A stretch of 64,000 nucleotides of DNA from Ionaspis alba (GCA_964255285.1 CAXUUL010000012.1:1-64000); one strand, 5' to 3'. Shown: positions 15,209-28,900, counted from the first letter of the stretch. The notes: a model not told the origin generated them from the letters alone. Translations and numbers: made by a program.

Positions 15209-15450
15209 GGCAACGATCTCCAATGCTCTTGAGTCGGCTCTCGAAGTTTGGCGAGCTTGAAATCGAATTCGCGATTCATGGCGCTAGTTTGGGCCTAAAA
15301 CCTTAATTTGCGAACCCTTATCGATAAGTCACCACCTCTTTTCGCCCAGTTCCAATACATCCCGTCACTAGAGAGATAGCTTTACCTCCCGTTAATCGCA
15401 TTTGGATTTTTCCATCATACAGGCTTCTCGATTTTTGATCGAATTCTGCT

Positions 15451-16135
15451 ATGGCGGAGATACAGAATGCCAATCCAACCATCCGCAACGTCTCTGACCT
15501 TCCCACTCGGCGGCGGCGAACCTCTTCACCAAGCAGCAAAAAGCGTACGCTCGGCCTCTTCGCCAACTCAATACCATCGCCTGCCTACCTGAGTGATCCT
15601 TTCGATACCACGAGATCCGCTTCGGGTTCTGACAGCGATGACGATGATACTCTAGAGCCAATAGATGAACAGGAAATCTACGGTGAGTCCAATGCAAGCA
15701 CGTGGTTAAAATTGTCTAGAATTTGCTATTCTTCCCAGCGCGACACAACCTTCTTCTGACATGATATTACAAATAGATCTCATTTCCACAATATCCGACC
15801 CAGAACACCCTCTCTCTCTAGGCTCTCTTGCCGTTGTGAACCTCCCCGATATCCACATCAAGCCCCTGGGCCGAGATCTACAAACAGTTCTGGTTGAAGT
15901 CACTCCAACAATAACACATTGCTCCTTAGCAACAGTGATAGGATTAGGAGTGCGTGTACGTCTGGAACAGGCTCTTCCACCTCGCTTCAGAGTTGATGTG
16001 AGAATCAAGGAAGGGACACATAGCACGGGGGATCAGGTAAATAAACAACTTGGCGACAAGGAGAGGGTGGCTGCCGCGTTGGAGAATGCACAGTTGATGG
16101 GCGTTTTGAGGAAAATGTTGGAGACTTGTCAGTAG
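15451..16135 (+). CDS. CIA2: MIP18/FAM96-family cytosolic Fe-S cluster assembly protein; one intron
   Basis: QNANPTI N-terminus; EIYDLISTISDPEHPLSL, TPTITHCSLATVIGL and VNKQLGDKERVAAALEN motifs. Confidence 0.93.
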
Positions 16136-16475
16136 ACATTGCTTTCGGACATGGCGTTTGGAGATTATCTTCCTAATATTGTATGATCGGGACGTCTCAT
16201 GTTCTTTGTGACCAGGAGTTTGTGTACCAAGACTCACATAGAGACAAATTAGCAGCTCGCTACTTGTGCCAACCAAAGAGTGCTACACGTCGTTTGGCTT
16301 AAAATAGGCAAGAAACGCTCGAGGACTGGTTCATGTCCGGCAGAGGCAAATTTGCAAGGACAAGCTCGTGACTGAGACGACATTCTTCCACACAACTATA
16401 GTTCTATGCCCATTTTCCACAAGGTAGCATAAACTCCTTCCTCGTTCAACGAAAACATATCGCGCCACAATGTGT

Positions 16476-17801
16476 TCATACCCGTTCATAATGAGCATCA
16501 ATCAAAGTGCACAAGAGCCAGTAGCCTCGGTGATCTCCCTTAAGAGACCTATTGTACGTCCAATTGACCAAGTCGTTGTCCCATAGAGCATCCTTCCTTC
16601 TCAACTTCGAGTAACACCTAGCATGCAACAATGCATCGACAATCTTGAAGTTGAAGCCTACCTCAAGCACCGCAATCCTCAAAAGTTCCCGTGTGACGCC
16701 AAGTCCGGCCGATCGGTCAAGATATTTGCAACAGCTCATAGTACATTCATGGTTTTCTTCAGTCCCCTCTGCTTCCTCGCGTTGGAGAGAAAATGGTAAT
16801 CTAGGCTGTTGACGTACCGGTCGCTCCAACCTGGATAACAACGATGTAACGGCCCTGAAGTTCCCGGATCGAATGGCATGCACTAAAGTTTCCTCCGCGA
16901 CTTCCTGATCTGAAATTGCCAGCTTTGCGCCACCTGAGAGAAGCATCTCAAGTAGACTGCACTTCTCTGCTGTCCACGGTGGACAAACCAGCTTGCTTGG
17001 CACGGAAGCATGAGATAGATCGAACTTACCCAGGTACGACTTGGAAGTGAGGTCTTCGGTAGGCACTTCCTGACTAGTCTGAATAACCCACATCTCCATA
17101 GGAAAGCTTGTTATTTCGATTTCGAAGGACAATTTCTTTCTGACGATATCGAATCTGTCTACACTGGTTTTGCCGCATTTGTCCATGGAACGCTCCACCA
17201 TCCACTGTATTCCCTTCAGTTTATCTTCTTCCACTTCCTGCCCATCCTGGAGAAGGAAGTCACGGTACTTGGACTGAACTTTTCGAGTGAAGAAAGTGAT
17301 GTGTGCTGTTCTGATGAGATTGAGGTTCACCCAAGATAAATTCAACAAACGAGTCTGCACAGCACAGCGCTCCTGAGGCTTGTTCTCATAGTCATGAGCA
17401 GGTCCATCAGAGTCGCTCACAAAGCCGTGAATGAAAACTTCGACGTAGATGTGCGTGGCAGCTAAGGCACTTTCAAGGCGACAGGAAGCACAAGGCAAGC
17501 TCAGTATTTGTAGAGCATTTCCTTCCAAGCTTTCGAGGTAGATCGTCTGCAGGAGTTCGTTCGGCAGACGTTCTAGGGGAGAAAGAGGCAATCGGCGGAA
17601 GCGCTGACGCTTAGAAGATCGTGTCTTAGAGGAAGGGCCTTTCGATTCTGAACGGGTGTTTGCTGACGGAGGATGATCTAATGCTGGTCGTTTGCGAATT
17701 GATCTTGTATTGGTAGTGCTGACCACCTCAGCGAGATTTGTTTCACGCGGCATTCTCGACGGTGCTTTCGTCTTTCGTCCCTTCCTCTTCTGTGAGCCCA
17801 T
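16476..17801 (-). CDS. Hypothetical protein with basic N-terminus and F-box-like motif
   Basis: 441-aa ORF; LSPLERLPNELLQTIYLESL resembles an F-box start. A degenerate paralog lies immediately adjacent. Confidence 0.75.
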   Translation of the reverse strand: MGSQKRKGRKTKAPSRMPRETNLAEVVSTTNTRSIRKRPALDHPPSANTRSESKGPSSKTRSSKRQRFRRLPLSPLERLPNELLQTIYLESLEGNALQILSLPCASCRLESALAATHIYVEVFIHGFVSDSDGPAHDYENKPQERCAVQTRLLNLSWVNLNLIRTAHITFFTRKVQSKYRDFLLQDGQEVEEDKLKGIQWMVERSMDKCGKTSVDRFDIVRKKLSFEIEITSFPMEMWVIQTSQEVPTEDLTSKSYLGKFDLSHASVPSKLVCPPWTAEKCSLLEMLLSGGAKLAISDQEVAEETLVHAIRSGNFRAVTSLLSRLERPVRQQPRLPFSLQREEAEGTEENHECTMSCCKYLDRSAGLGVTRELLRIAVLEVGFNFKIVDALLHARCYSKLRRKDALWDNDLVNWTYNRSLKGDHRGYWLLCTLIDAHYERV

Positions 17802-18429
17802 ATTATTTAATGATCAATGGTTGATAACATCAAAAATGGACCGACCAGGCTTAAGCTCCGATTACAATCGAGATTGAAGCAGATAAGGCCATCTCAATAC
17901 TAAGAGATAATGATAAAAGCAAGGTGGTAGCAAGTTTACACTGCTGTATATAAAATATTATTATAGAAATGATCGTACATGTCCTTGTGCTGACAGGCGA
18001 CTCAAGGTCTGTTAATGAATGAAGTCCTCACGTGAGTTTTTGCGATGCTGGGTAGTAATTCCTCCGGTCATGGCACACGATGGACAAAATAGGTTGTGGT
18101 TCGTTCTATGGGCCACGGGCTCGTTATCTGGTCCATCGTGTGCGGCTGAATGAAGATCCCGCCAAATATCTCATTTGGTGTATCACTTTTTGTGACAGCT
18201 GTGCCAAAAATGGTACTAATTCTTTATGATACTTGTTGATCAATGTCACTGCATCCTTCTTTTCGATCTGGAAATTCTGCTTTGTACAAGTTTTCTCAAA
18301 GGAGAAAGTATTAGAGTCACCATGTTGACAATGATTGTAGCTGGGTGACGAACCGCCAGCGTGGAATTGCTACCTGGTCGGCAGCAAAGCTTTTCTAGCC
18401 TTAACCACAAATTCACATGGTGAGCTGGT

Positions 18430-19706
18430 CTCTATGACAGCTCAACTAATACAGCCCTCCACGATCATCTATCTGTCTTGCGACCGGGATCAAACATGAT
18501 ATTCAAAGCCAGTCGTTCCTAAGACCGCCTGTTTGTTCTGCGGAGCTGTCGCCTTATGAGACGTTCCGATACGGATAGGTCCCTGATTAAATCACCTTGA
18601 AACCCAGCTTCTATGGCAAGTCGAATATGTTTCGGGGTGGGCTTGAGTTCCACAGAGACTCCTATATGAAGCCCCAGACATCTAATATCGCAGTAGTGGC
18701 TGTTATTTAGCCCAAACTTCTTAAGGCGTCTTCCGTGCGGATAGATGAATTGATAATCCCAATGCTGCCACTATCCTGTGTATCCCGTGAGGATGGCCAC
18801 TGCTCTATCGTTCTTCTCACGGATGGCTTCTTTCAGGCCGATCATAGCTCTTTCTTCACCCCCCGCTGTAAGCCACCATTCTTCGACCAGCAACGTCTCA
18901 AGCAAAGCGCACTTTTCGTCCGTCCATGGCCCACGAAGAACTTGACTAGGCAGGGTTGCATTTGGAACCAGCTGGAGAAATGATGGGTGCGTGAGGCTGA
19001 GGTCTGCTCCATACCTGCACCTATAGCTCACGTTCGTCCGGAACACCCAACATGAGGTGTGAATGTTGCATCCGAATACATTACCGTTTCCAGTTTCTGG
19101 TTTGATCTCGAATTCATCTAAAATGCCATGGGTATCCATGACCTGCGTGACCATTTATCGTAAATAGTCCAAATCGTGAGATTGGACTTCGATGTTGAAG
19201 GCCGTGGACCATGTGTAATATCTAGCCTGCGCCTCGGTGACAAACCAGGTGACATGAAGGGCTTTGGTAGTTTCGGTACAGAACCAACGATGATTGAGAA
19301 CCTTTGAACGTAGGGCGGAGAACTCCCGATATTCTGGCAGGAGTCGAAAGTGCGACTTTTCCCTGAGCTATGTTTTGAGTGAGCATTTGAGGGATCAAAA
19401 ACTCGCATCAGAACCTCATTGTATATTGGTTTCCGAAAGAGTGTCACCCCCAGAAGTGGAGATGATTGTTGCAAGCTAAGAGCACGAGCCATGCTCTCGT
19501 CCAAGCTGAGCAGGCAGGTTTTTCCTAGAAGCTCATAAGGAAGTCGCTCGAGCACAGATAGGTTCACTGATCTGGTTTGTCAAGGTTCGAGTGGCGATCT
19601 AGAGTCCTCGCTGGTCTTCCACGAAGTTTGCGGATCTGAATGTGGCTGTTCTTTAGAACCAGCTACGTTTGAGATGTTGATGTAGTTGGCGAGGGTTGCC
19701 TTCCAT
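18430..19706 (-). pseudogene. Decayed tandem paralog of 16476-17801 (ends approximate)
   Basis: Collinear blocks LSVLERLPYELL / SKVLNHRWF...ALHVTWF / LPSQVLRGPWTDEKCALLETLL / HIRLAIEAGF match the neighbour. They are broken by a frameshift near 19330 and in-frame stops (TAA 19155-19157, TAG 18771-18773, TGA near 19581). Confidence 0.8.
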
Positions 19707-20290
19707 GATGACGAGAACAGTTGCCACATGTCCACGAAGAGTGGCTATCCTCAAAATTCTAGGACTTCGAAAGTCTAGGATCTGCCTCGAAGACATTCAG
19801 CTTGAGGCTCGACTGAGTACATGAAAAGGCCAACTATACCTTTCCTCATCAAATCCCTTGAGGAAGTCTAATTCGTGTGCTCCGAAGAAAGAACAAGTTA
19901 GAAGGATGTTGTGAAGTCTAGGCTATGTTCACAAGGCAGTGTGGTTTATGCAAGAGTGGTACTTGTCAGTGGTCGACTATGCGTAAGTTTGACATTAAGA
20001 CGAGCCTGAGCGTGCATTCTCGCCTCATCATAGAACAAAAGGTGGTGGCCAGGCGAGTGTTGTAGTGTTAAACTTCTGGTGTTGAAAGATCGCTCATGGT
20101 TCACATCTCCGCGACTCTTGGCTCGATTGAGTCATTATTCAATGGTCCATGATTGTCAACAATCTAAATGTCAATAAATTCTGTGCGATCTGCTCTATCC
20201 GATATCGGGTCTGCTATTCTTACAAGTGCAATGCAACTCCACTGACTATGAAAGCTGAGCAAACAGACCTGGGATATCTAAACAGCAGCA

Positions 20291-23200
20291 CTAGAGACTG
20301 AATCTCTCGAGATACTTTGTAGCCACCTCAAGAGCATCTTCCACCTTCTCCGGATTGGTACCGTTGCCAATACTTGTGGATCCTTTGCCTCCAGCTTTCC
20401 CACCCACGATGCCAGATACAGCACTAGACCATTCAATAGCAGAAGCGCCCCGCCTGCTGATTGTCTACCATCACGAGTCAATGAACACAGCTATCAAGTC
20501 GAAGTAGGTAGCTTACCTCAGCCACGTGGCATCCATGCACAACCTTTCCCTCGGATTTGTCTGCAGCGAAGAGGTACACTGACTTGTCCCTATTCTTCGT
20601 CTTTATGGAGTTCAAAACTTCGCCTACGACCTTGGCGTTCGCGGATATCGGCAGCTGAACCACAAGTTGCGACTTCTTCTCATTCTCAGTCTTCGCAAAG
20701 TACTCTGTGACAGTTTCGAGTGCCTTCTTGGATTCCGCTTTCTGCTGTGCCTTCTGTTCGTCTAGCTGGGACTTCTCAACTCTTCCGAACCTTTCTCGGA
20801 ATTTCGCTTTGGTTGTTGCAGATATTGAGAGCTGAGGAAGATCGATCTTTGTTGCTTTGATTTCTTGGTCCTTCTCAGGGCCGTGACTCAATTTTTCAAG
20901 CCTGGACAAACGCTCATCGAATTCGTCTGCAACCCTTTGGACAGCATGGGCATCTTCACCAGTCACAGCAATAATTCTGCGGATACCTTTGGCGATACCG
21001 CTCTCCTCGAGGATGATCATTTCCTTGATGTCACCAGTCTTTTGCACATGTGTGCCACCACAAAATTCGATGCTGACTTCCTTCCACTTCGGATCTTTCA
21101 CGTTTTTCAAGAGCTCCTCGATCTCGACTCCCACTGAAACAACTCGGACAGGATCAGGATAGGTCTCACCGAAGACTGCACGGACTCCTTCGATTTCCCT
21201 TGCAACGGCTAGAGGAACATCTTGGGTGTAGACTCCGCAGTTCTGCCGTATGTACCTAGTGGAAATGTCCTCGATCTTCTCCAGCTCTGCGTCCGTAACA
21301 CCGGACTTGTGCGAGAAGTCGAACCGAAGTTTTTCTGCTGCGACGAGAGATCCCTTCTGTTCGATAGCATCACCCAAAACTTCTCTTAACGCAAAGTTGA
21401 GGATGTGAGTGCCTGTATGGTTGTTCCGTATGGGCCACCTTCGAAGTTCATCATATTCGCAGAGCACCTCATCTCCTACAGAGAGTGTACCATACTTCAT
21501 GTAGCCAGTATGGAGAATATATCCTCCGTAGACTTGTACATTTTGCACTTCGAGTTCGGCAACACCGTCGATAATGATCTTTCCAGTGTCGTATTCTTGC
21601 CCACCCTGCTCAGCATAGAAGTTTGTCCGGTCTAGTATAAGTCCCATCTGCTCCCCTTCCGGAATCTCTTTCGTGTCCTGCCAGAACTTCTTTCCATGGT
21701 AGACCGCTTTGATGTGTGAAGTGATGTTCTCTCTACCAAATTTAGCTTCGTCGTTAGTTTTCGGTACATCTTTCATTTGTGTAAGGTTGCCAAGATCATG
21801 GACGTCCAGCTTTACGAGATCTGAGGCAGCTTTCTTCACACCTCGGCTTGCCTCTTTCGCTTTCAATCTGGCATCTTCAAACTCTTGTTCATCGATGTCC
21901 AGTCCTCGCTCCTCAGCCATGAGTCTCGTGAGATCCACAGGAAAGCCGAACGTGTCGTACAGCCGCCACACATCCGCGCCATGAAGTTTCTTCGACTCCT
22001 TCGCCTTTGACTGCTGCGCATAGCTCTCGAATTGCTTCTCTCCACGATCTAAAGTTTTTGAAAACGACTCTTCTTCCTCGTTCAAGATCTCCTTGACGTC
22101 GGACTCCTTCTTCCTGATCTCGGGAAACATATCGCCCATTTGCAGGACTAGGGTTGGCACGATCTTGGAGAAAAAGTCCCCTATCTCCGTATTGAAGTAT
22201 TTTCTTGCATAACGAGCACCCCGTCGTAGCACACGCCGAACAACGTAGCCACGACCCTCGTTATTAGGCACGCCACCATCGGAGATAGCAAAAGTCAACG
22301 TCCGCACATGATCGGCGACCACTCTGTACGCTGTGTCTAAGCCATCTGTATCTTCTTCGCCAAACTTACCTCCATACTCCCGAACGCCGGTGATCTTCCG
22401 TATTGTGTCAAATAGTGGTGTGAAAACATCAGTATCGTAGTTGGAGAGCTTGTTCTGGAGTACAGATACCAAGCGTTCGTAGCCCATGCCAGTGTCCACA
22501 TGCTTGTTCGGCAGTGGTCGTAGAGACCTATCCGGCTCCCGATTGTATTGTATAAAGACGTTGTTCCAGATCTCCAAGACATTCGGATCGTCTTGATTGA
22601 CAAGATGGGCGGCATTTCTGCCTCCTATCCTATCATAGTGAATCTCACTACATGGTCCGCACGGTCCCTGATCACCCATCTCCCAGAAGTTGTCTTTCAT
22701 GTTTCCGGTAAGGAGATGGTCGTCAGCAACGCCTACGGATCTCCACAAATCTCTTGCTTCGATATCTGGCTCAAGACCTTTGGCTTTGTCCCCCTCGAAA
22801 TAAGTGACATACAGTCGATCAGGTTCTAGACCATAGACTTTGGTGAGAAGCTCCCATGAATACCGGATGGCATCTTTCTTGAAGTAGTCCCCAAAGCTCC
22901 AATTGCCAAGCATTTCAAAGAAAGTCTGGATGCTTTTGTGAGTACCTGAATAGCGAGAGTGAGCACGCCGACTTACGTGGTGGTAACTGTCTTTCCCCAC
23001 ATCGTCGAGGTCCTGGAGACATGAGCGAGGCGCAAGACAGTCTGGATAGCGATCTTACATTGTGCTTCCCACCAGCACGAATACACTAATATCATCAGCT
23101 AGAAGAACCTGACCGGGTCGCACGGACACATACCTTTTGAGAATTGACAGCACGCTTGAGCTGCGCAAAGTCGGAATTAGGATCTACAGTACCGAGGAAT

Positions 23201-23584
23201 ATGGATTTATATTGATTCATCCCAGCATTCGCAAACAGCAGAGTAGGATCAGAAAGTGGAACGACCGATGATGAGGGAACTGCTCATGCTGTAAGCTGCA
23301 CCATCCGTTCACTTCGAGATTCTATCAAATTCCGTACTGAAGGTATGGCCATTTCTCTTGAAGTAATCAAGAAAAGTATCCCGCACCCGGACTGCACTCC
23401 ATTGCTCTTCTCTAATGGATGGAGACATAGTAGAGTATCTCCTGTTCCAGACCTTGGATGTTTGGAAAGGAGAGCGTGGTTTAGAAGATATATATTTGTT
23501 GAAATATGCTCTCTGCAAGTTGTGACTCAAATATGACCGAAACGGATTGCAACTCTGCACCACCACCACCCCCACCACTCGCAT
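20291..23584 (-). CDS. ALA1: Alanyl-tRNA synthetase, likely dual cytosolic/mitochondrial; multi-exon
   Basis: [37 protein letters not shown] and EFCGGTH editing motifs, C-terminal GGKAGG. An upstream in-frame ATG at 23584 precedes the conserved start at 23428. Confidence 0.97.
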
Positions 23585-23736
23585 CAAGCTTGTGATCTTC
23601 GACGATGTAGCCGCTGCGCTGTAGCATGCGACTGAATTAAAGCCTTTTTCTTATTGCAGCGTTCTTTCTAGCGCAGAGCAGTCCACAGGCACAGATAGGA
23701 GAACTAGTGTTGAGGTGTGATGAGGTAGGATGGAGA

Positions 23737-24408
23737 ATGGACCATCGAGATGCCAATGGATTATCAACTCCCCATGGGCAGAAGCGCCATGCCGATGACA
23801 ATCTCGATAATGAGCAGCGGCTGGCGAAACGATTCAATTCGCTCAACATAGGTATGTTCTCTACAGATGCGACACAATACCAGTGAGCTGACCAATTTAC
23901 AGACCACATTTCAAAGCTCTACCAGCTAGCTCCGCCGTCCCCGCCAACTCGGCGCAATAGGTCCAATGCCTTCAGCGATTCCATGCATCTGGACGACTCA
24001 CGAGACAGAATCTACATTCATAACCTAGACGACGAGATATCTGACGTAGAGTCCGAGGAAGAGAAGCTGGTCTTCTTGCCAGACATAGAGAAGCGGTTGA
24101 CAAAAATTCCGAAGTCGGTACTCACGAGCCAAAGCCAGCCACACACAAGCAATGAGGTGGTTCTGTACAGTGTTCCGGAGTCGTTGTCTATACCGCGCGA
24201 GCAGGACAATGTCCGGAAAGCTATTATCGAGGCTAGAGAGAGGGTAAGGGAGAAGCAGGCGCACGAGCTTGATGTGTCAGAGAATTTGGATGCCATTGCC
24301 ACCGACATGGATGGCCGAGAGCACCAAGTTCGTCTTAATCAGGAGGATCTGAGGATGGTAGATGAGATGCTGTATGATGAGGATGAGGATGCAATGGACA
24401 TTGGCTAG
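23737..24408 (+). CDS. Hypothetical protein; one intron (about 23852-23902)
   Basis: Exon 1 MDHRDANG...KRHADDNLDNEQRLAKRFNSLNI splices in frame to the 141-aa ORF (MHLDDSRDRIYIHNLDDE...VFLPDIEKRL). Confidence 0.75.
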
Positions 24409-24630
24409 ACATATACATTCGAAGAACGATTCCTGCAACTAAGACAGTAAACTCGCCGAGCAATTAATGTCCAAATCAAGGACCCAGCCATGATCTATAC
24501 TCTATTACAACGCTCTGCAGGTCGGCACCACGAAAATGCGAAGATCTTTGACTGTCCCTATGCTCGCCCCATGCCTCTGGATATGCCTAGATGATTTTGA
24601 GGCATGGAATGTATCGGGACACCAACTCTG

Positions 24631-25281
24631 TCATCTAAAAGGCCGAGCTGTGGGCGGCGGAGACTCCAGTGTACCCGTCTCTTGCACTAAGTGAGTTGGG
24701 TTCGAACTCAAGGGAGCACTTGGTGATGGAGCAATGTGGTCCGGTCCCACGGTATCTTTCGCGGCTCCTCCCCGAGGCTGATAGGTTGGGGGTGGGGCAC
24801 TGTTAATATCGTACACTAAATGGGTGGTTAGACTGTATGTAGATCGAGAGCTGAACCGCATTGCTTGCCTGGTGGTGGAGCATTTTCCACATCACTGTTC
24901 TGATCATTTACCCGGTAAAATGAAAATTCATTTTGAAGTCGAGGGGCCAGGCGCGCGCGCTCATAGTCCGACAGGAAACACTACAGAGCGTTAGCACAGG
25001 CCGGTGGGCTTGAGAACGTGGGAATTGTTACTCCATCGTATCGTGCAGGCGGCATTCCTTTCCTTGCCCTCTTCTTGGCCCCAGAGTACGCCACAATCAG
25101 GTAGCCAGCGGCTGCGAGAAATATTATCAGGAGTATGGAAAATAAGATAATTCCAGCAATCTTCGGGCAAGTCAGCGTGAGGCACAGGATAGTGCTGATA
25201 TCTCACTCTTCGGTGCTCTCCGTGATTTCTGGAATCATCCACAATAACATAATCATCCCGACGCAGCAAATCCACCTTCAT
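24631..25281 (-). CDS. RCR-family (Congo-red resistance) single-pass membrane protein with PPxY motifs; 4 exons
   Basis: Hand-spliced: MKVD...HRR|IAGIILFSILLIIFLAAAGYLIVAY (TM) SGAKKRARKGMPPARYDG|CFL...ENAPPPV|YDINSAPPPTYQPRGG. The third intron (24816-24868) is GC-AG with a CTAAC branch site. Confidence 0.75.
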
Positions 25282-25985
25282 GTTAGGAGATGTCCTCGAA
25301 GAACTAAAAGAAGAGTATTACGTAGGAAGCCAAGTAAAGACAATGTTCGAGCCGTCTCGAGTTCTCGAGAAGAACGATATAGATAACTCGAAGGAAATGA
25401 TAGGTCACTTAGCCAAGTCTTGTAGTCGGTATAGCGGGGCGTTCACTGCATAATATCCTGAATCACGAGTGGTTTCATATGCAAAATCTCACTCACACGA
25501 CGTCAGATTTCGTCAGTCAGCATGAAGATATAGAAACGGATCATGGTCAAAGCCAATCATTGTTAGTTGAGTAGAATTACACATTGTTGGTTGTGTTGGG
25601 CCAGTAATGTGGTTGTTCTCTCATCACTGGTAAATAGAGTTAGCCCCATCAGCCAATCATATTGAAGTCAAGAACTTCCGAGAATTGCACCTCAGATCGC
25701 AGCAACGATAGGAAATATCAATGAGTATCGATCACCGTTGATGGGTAAAGCTTCCCTGAATTTGCCATGGGCGCTGGTCACCAGCTATTGAGACATGATC
25801 TTAAGAAGGACGCGCAGCTCAATTCGTATCCTATGATCCGCAACACTTCCGGCAAGCTCGATCAATAGGAAGAGTCACTTAAGCTCCCCTCGCCTCAAAA
25901 ATGACATCCCGGACACATTTGTACGCAGCACCGTGTCTTCCGTCATGAGAACTTTTCCTACCGCACTGTCGACAGTTACAATACC

Positions 25986-28900
25986 ATGGTCGGACTGCTT
26001 GAGACTCCTGGAGCCGCCCCCCCTCCTCCCGGGTTGGGCTTCTTAGTCTCACACCAGAAGGTTCACCTCGACATCGAATTTGCAACTCGACAGCTACGTG
26101 GCACCACCGAGATAACGATCAGCCCTCATACCCCCGATCTGAAAACGATCCGTCTCAATTGTCGACAATGTCACCTCAATCGCCTGACCGTGAACGGAAA
26201 ACCCAGCGCGAGCCTGGTGTATACCGATCCCTACACTCAAGCTAAGCTTCGATGGAAGGCAGATGTGCACCAATATCACATGCTTCAAGAAAGGCTAGAA
26301 GCCCAGACGAAGATTCCTCCAGAATACGACTTGGTGGTCAATCTGCCCAAGAGCATAAGGATACAAGAGCTAGATCCGTTCCGCGCAGTAGATAGTACAA
26401 GCAGACAAGCTGGCGATACGAACACGATTGACCTCGGGACAAACACCAAAATCTCTGTTGAACAGGTTACTCGATTCACTCCAATTACAATATCCATCGA
26501 TTTTACTATCGATAGGATACGTGAAGGACTACAGTTCATTGGATGGGATCAGGACGATCTGCGATATCCCCATGTATATAGCCAAAAGCTCCCGACAAGT
26601 CCCTCATGCTGCCTCTTTCCATGTCTTGATGCCATTGACTCTCGCAGCACCTGGGAAGTCTCCATAAAATGTCCTAAAACAATTGGTGATGCGTTGAGAG
26701 CGTCTCAAGGCACAGCCACTGATTCGAACAACGCGTTCAAAAGACCTGAGCTCCAAGACGAGCTGGCTCGAGAACTGTGTAGCTTCAGTCAAGAAGATCA
26801 AGCACTCGATCTGGCTGTAATTTGCTCAGGCGACATGACCGATGAGGTATCTAAGGCAAAATATGAATCTACACACTCCCACTGACCTGATCAGATCGTT
26901 GACCCCAAAGATTCTACGAAAAAGACCACCTCTTTTGTTTGTACTTCGCCAGTGGCGCCACAGCATATTGGCTTCGCGATCGGTCCTTTCGAGCACGTCA
27001 ACCTTGCCGCCTTCCGCGAGAGCGATGAAGACGACAAGCTTGGGCAAAACGCTATTCCGGTACATGGCTTTTGCCTTCCAGGAAGGATTCAAGAGATGAA
27101 GAATACGTGTCTGCCACTTGCAAAGGTATCTTGCCGTCCTCGAAAGATGTGCCATGCACTAATTTCGAAAGGCTATAGACTTCTTTACCTTGACTTATGG
27201 CTCTTTCCCGTTCTCGAGCTACAAAATATGTTTCCTTGACGATATGATTCAAAACTGTATCGACACAGCGTCATTGTCTTTATGTAGTAATCATCTACTT
27301 TTCCCGGAAGAGATCACTGAGCCTTTGGATCGTGTGACGCGGCAGTTAGTCCATGCTCTCGCCTGCCAATGGCTTGGAGTCAATATCATACCAAAAGATC
27401 CGGTTGATACGTGGGCCGTCGTTGGCATGGCATACTTTGTCACGGACATGTTCATGCGTAAGCTCTCCGGTAATAATGAATACCGATATCAGCAAAAGAA
27501 AGCCGCAGATAGAGTCGTCGAGCTTGACATTGCACGACCATCAATCTACGATATCGGGCAGTATCTCTGGATTGACCCGTCCCAGCTTGAATTCATCGCC
27601 GCGAAAGCACCCCTGGTTCTCTTCATTCTTGATCGACGTCTAACTAAAGCCAGTGGCTCATCCGGTCTATCTCGCATCATCTCCAGAGTTTTCTTGAATG
27701 CCAAGGTTGGAGACCTAGCAAACGGTGCTCTGACTACGGCATACTTCATCAAGACCTGCGAAAAGCTTGGTCATGCAAAATTAGATGTCTTCTTCAACCA
27801 ATGGGTTTTCAATGCGGGCTGTCCTCGTTTTCGTGTTACTCAGAGATTCAACAAGAAGAGGTTAGTGGTTGAGATGCTCATCCAGCAGGTTCAAGGTGAT
27901 ATACCCATTGATCAGGATCTGAAAAGGAATGACTTCATGCGCGATGTCAAGGAAGAGCACCAGGAAATTGATGCCGGGAGCGTTCAGTCAGTCTTTACAG
28001 TAAGCATGGCCATTGAGATTCAACCATCTACAGTAGCTGAAACATACAGGGCCCCATGACTATTCGAATTCATGAAGCTGATGGCACGCCGTACGAGCAC
28101 ATCGTTGAGATTAAAGAAGCAACCACCAAATTCGACATACCTTACAATACAAAGTACAAGAGACTGAAACGAAGTCGAAGACAGAAAGAAAGGACTACAA
28201 CTGGTGGAGTAGCGGACTTCTCAACAGAAAACCAGGACGATGTACTTTTGTACTGTCTCGGTGACGTCCTGCAATCGGAGCAAGAGGTCCGAGAATGGAA
28301 ATTGACCGAATGGAGCAAAGAAGATGAAGACAGGATGAGCCAAGAGTCATACGAATGGATACGAATGGACGCAGATTTCGAATGGATCTGCAAGATGTCC
28401 CTTAGCATGCCTGGATATATGTATCTCTCACAACTACAGCAAGACCGAGATGTTGTGGCACAGTTTGAGGTAACTATGTGCCGGAATCTGCTCGTCCTGC
28501 TAGGTACTGACTGTTGATAGTCCGTGCAATACATGGCCTTGCAGCGAGAACATCCACTGGTCTCCACAATTCTTATTCGGACTTTAATGGATGGGCGATA
28601 CTTTCACGGTATTCGAACCACTGCAGCCGCGGCACTGGCAAAGCAAGCAAAAGACGAGATAGGCTGGCTGGGACAATTCCATCTTGAGAAGGCTTTCCAA
28701 GAGTTTTTCTGCTTCTCGGATTCTCGGATGACTCGTTCGAATGACTTCTCAAATCGTGCTTCATACTATATACAATGTGCCATAATAAAGGCGATGTCTA
28801 AGATAAGAGATAATAATGGCAAGTCACCTCTATCTGCAAGAAAGTTCCTTTTCGAGAAGCTTAGGTACAATGATAACTCGAATAATGAGGTAAGGCTATG

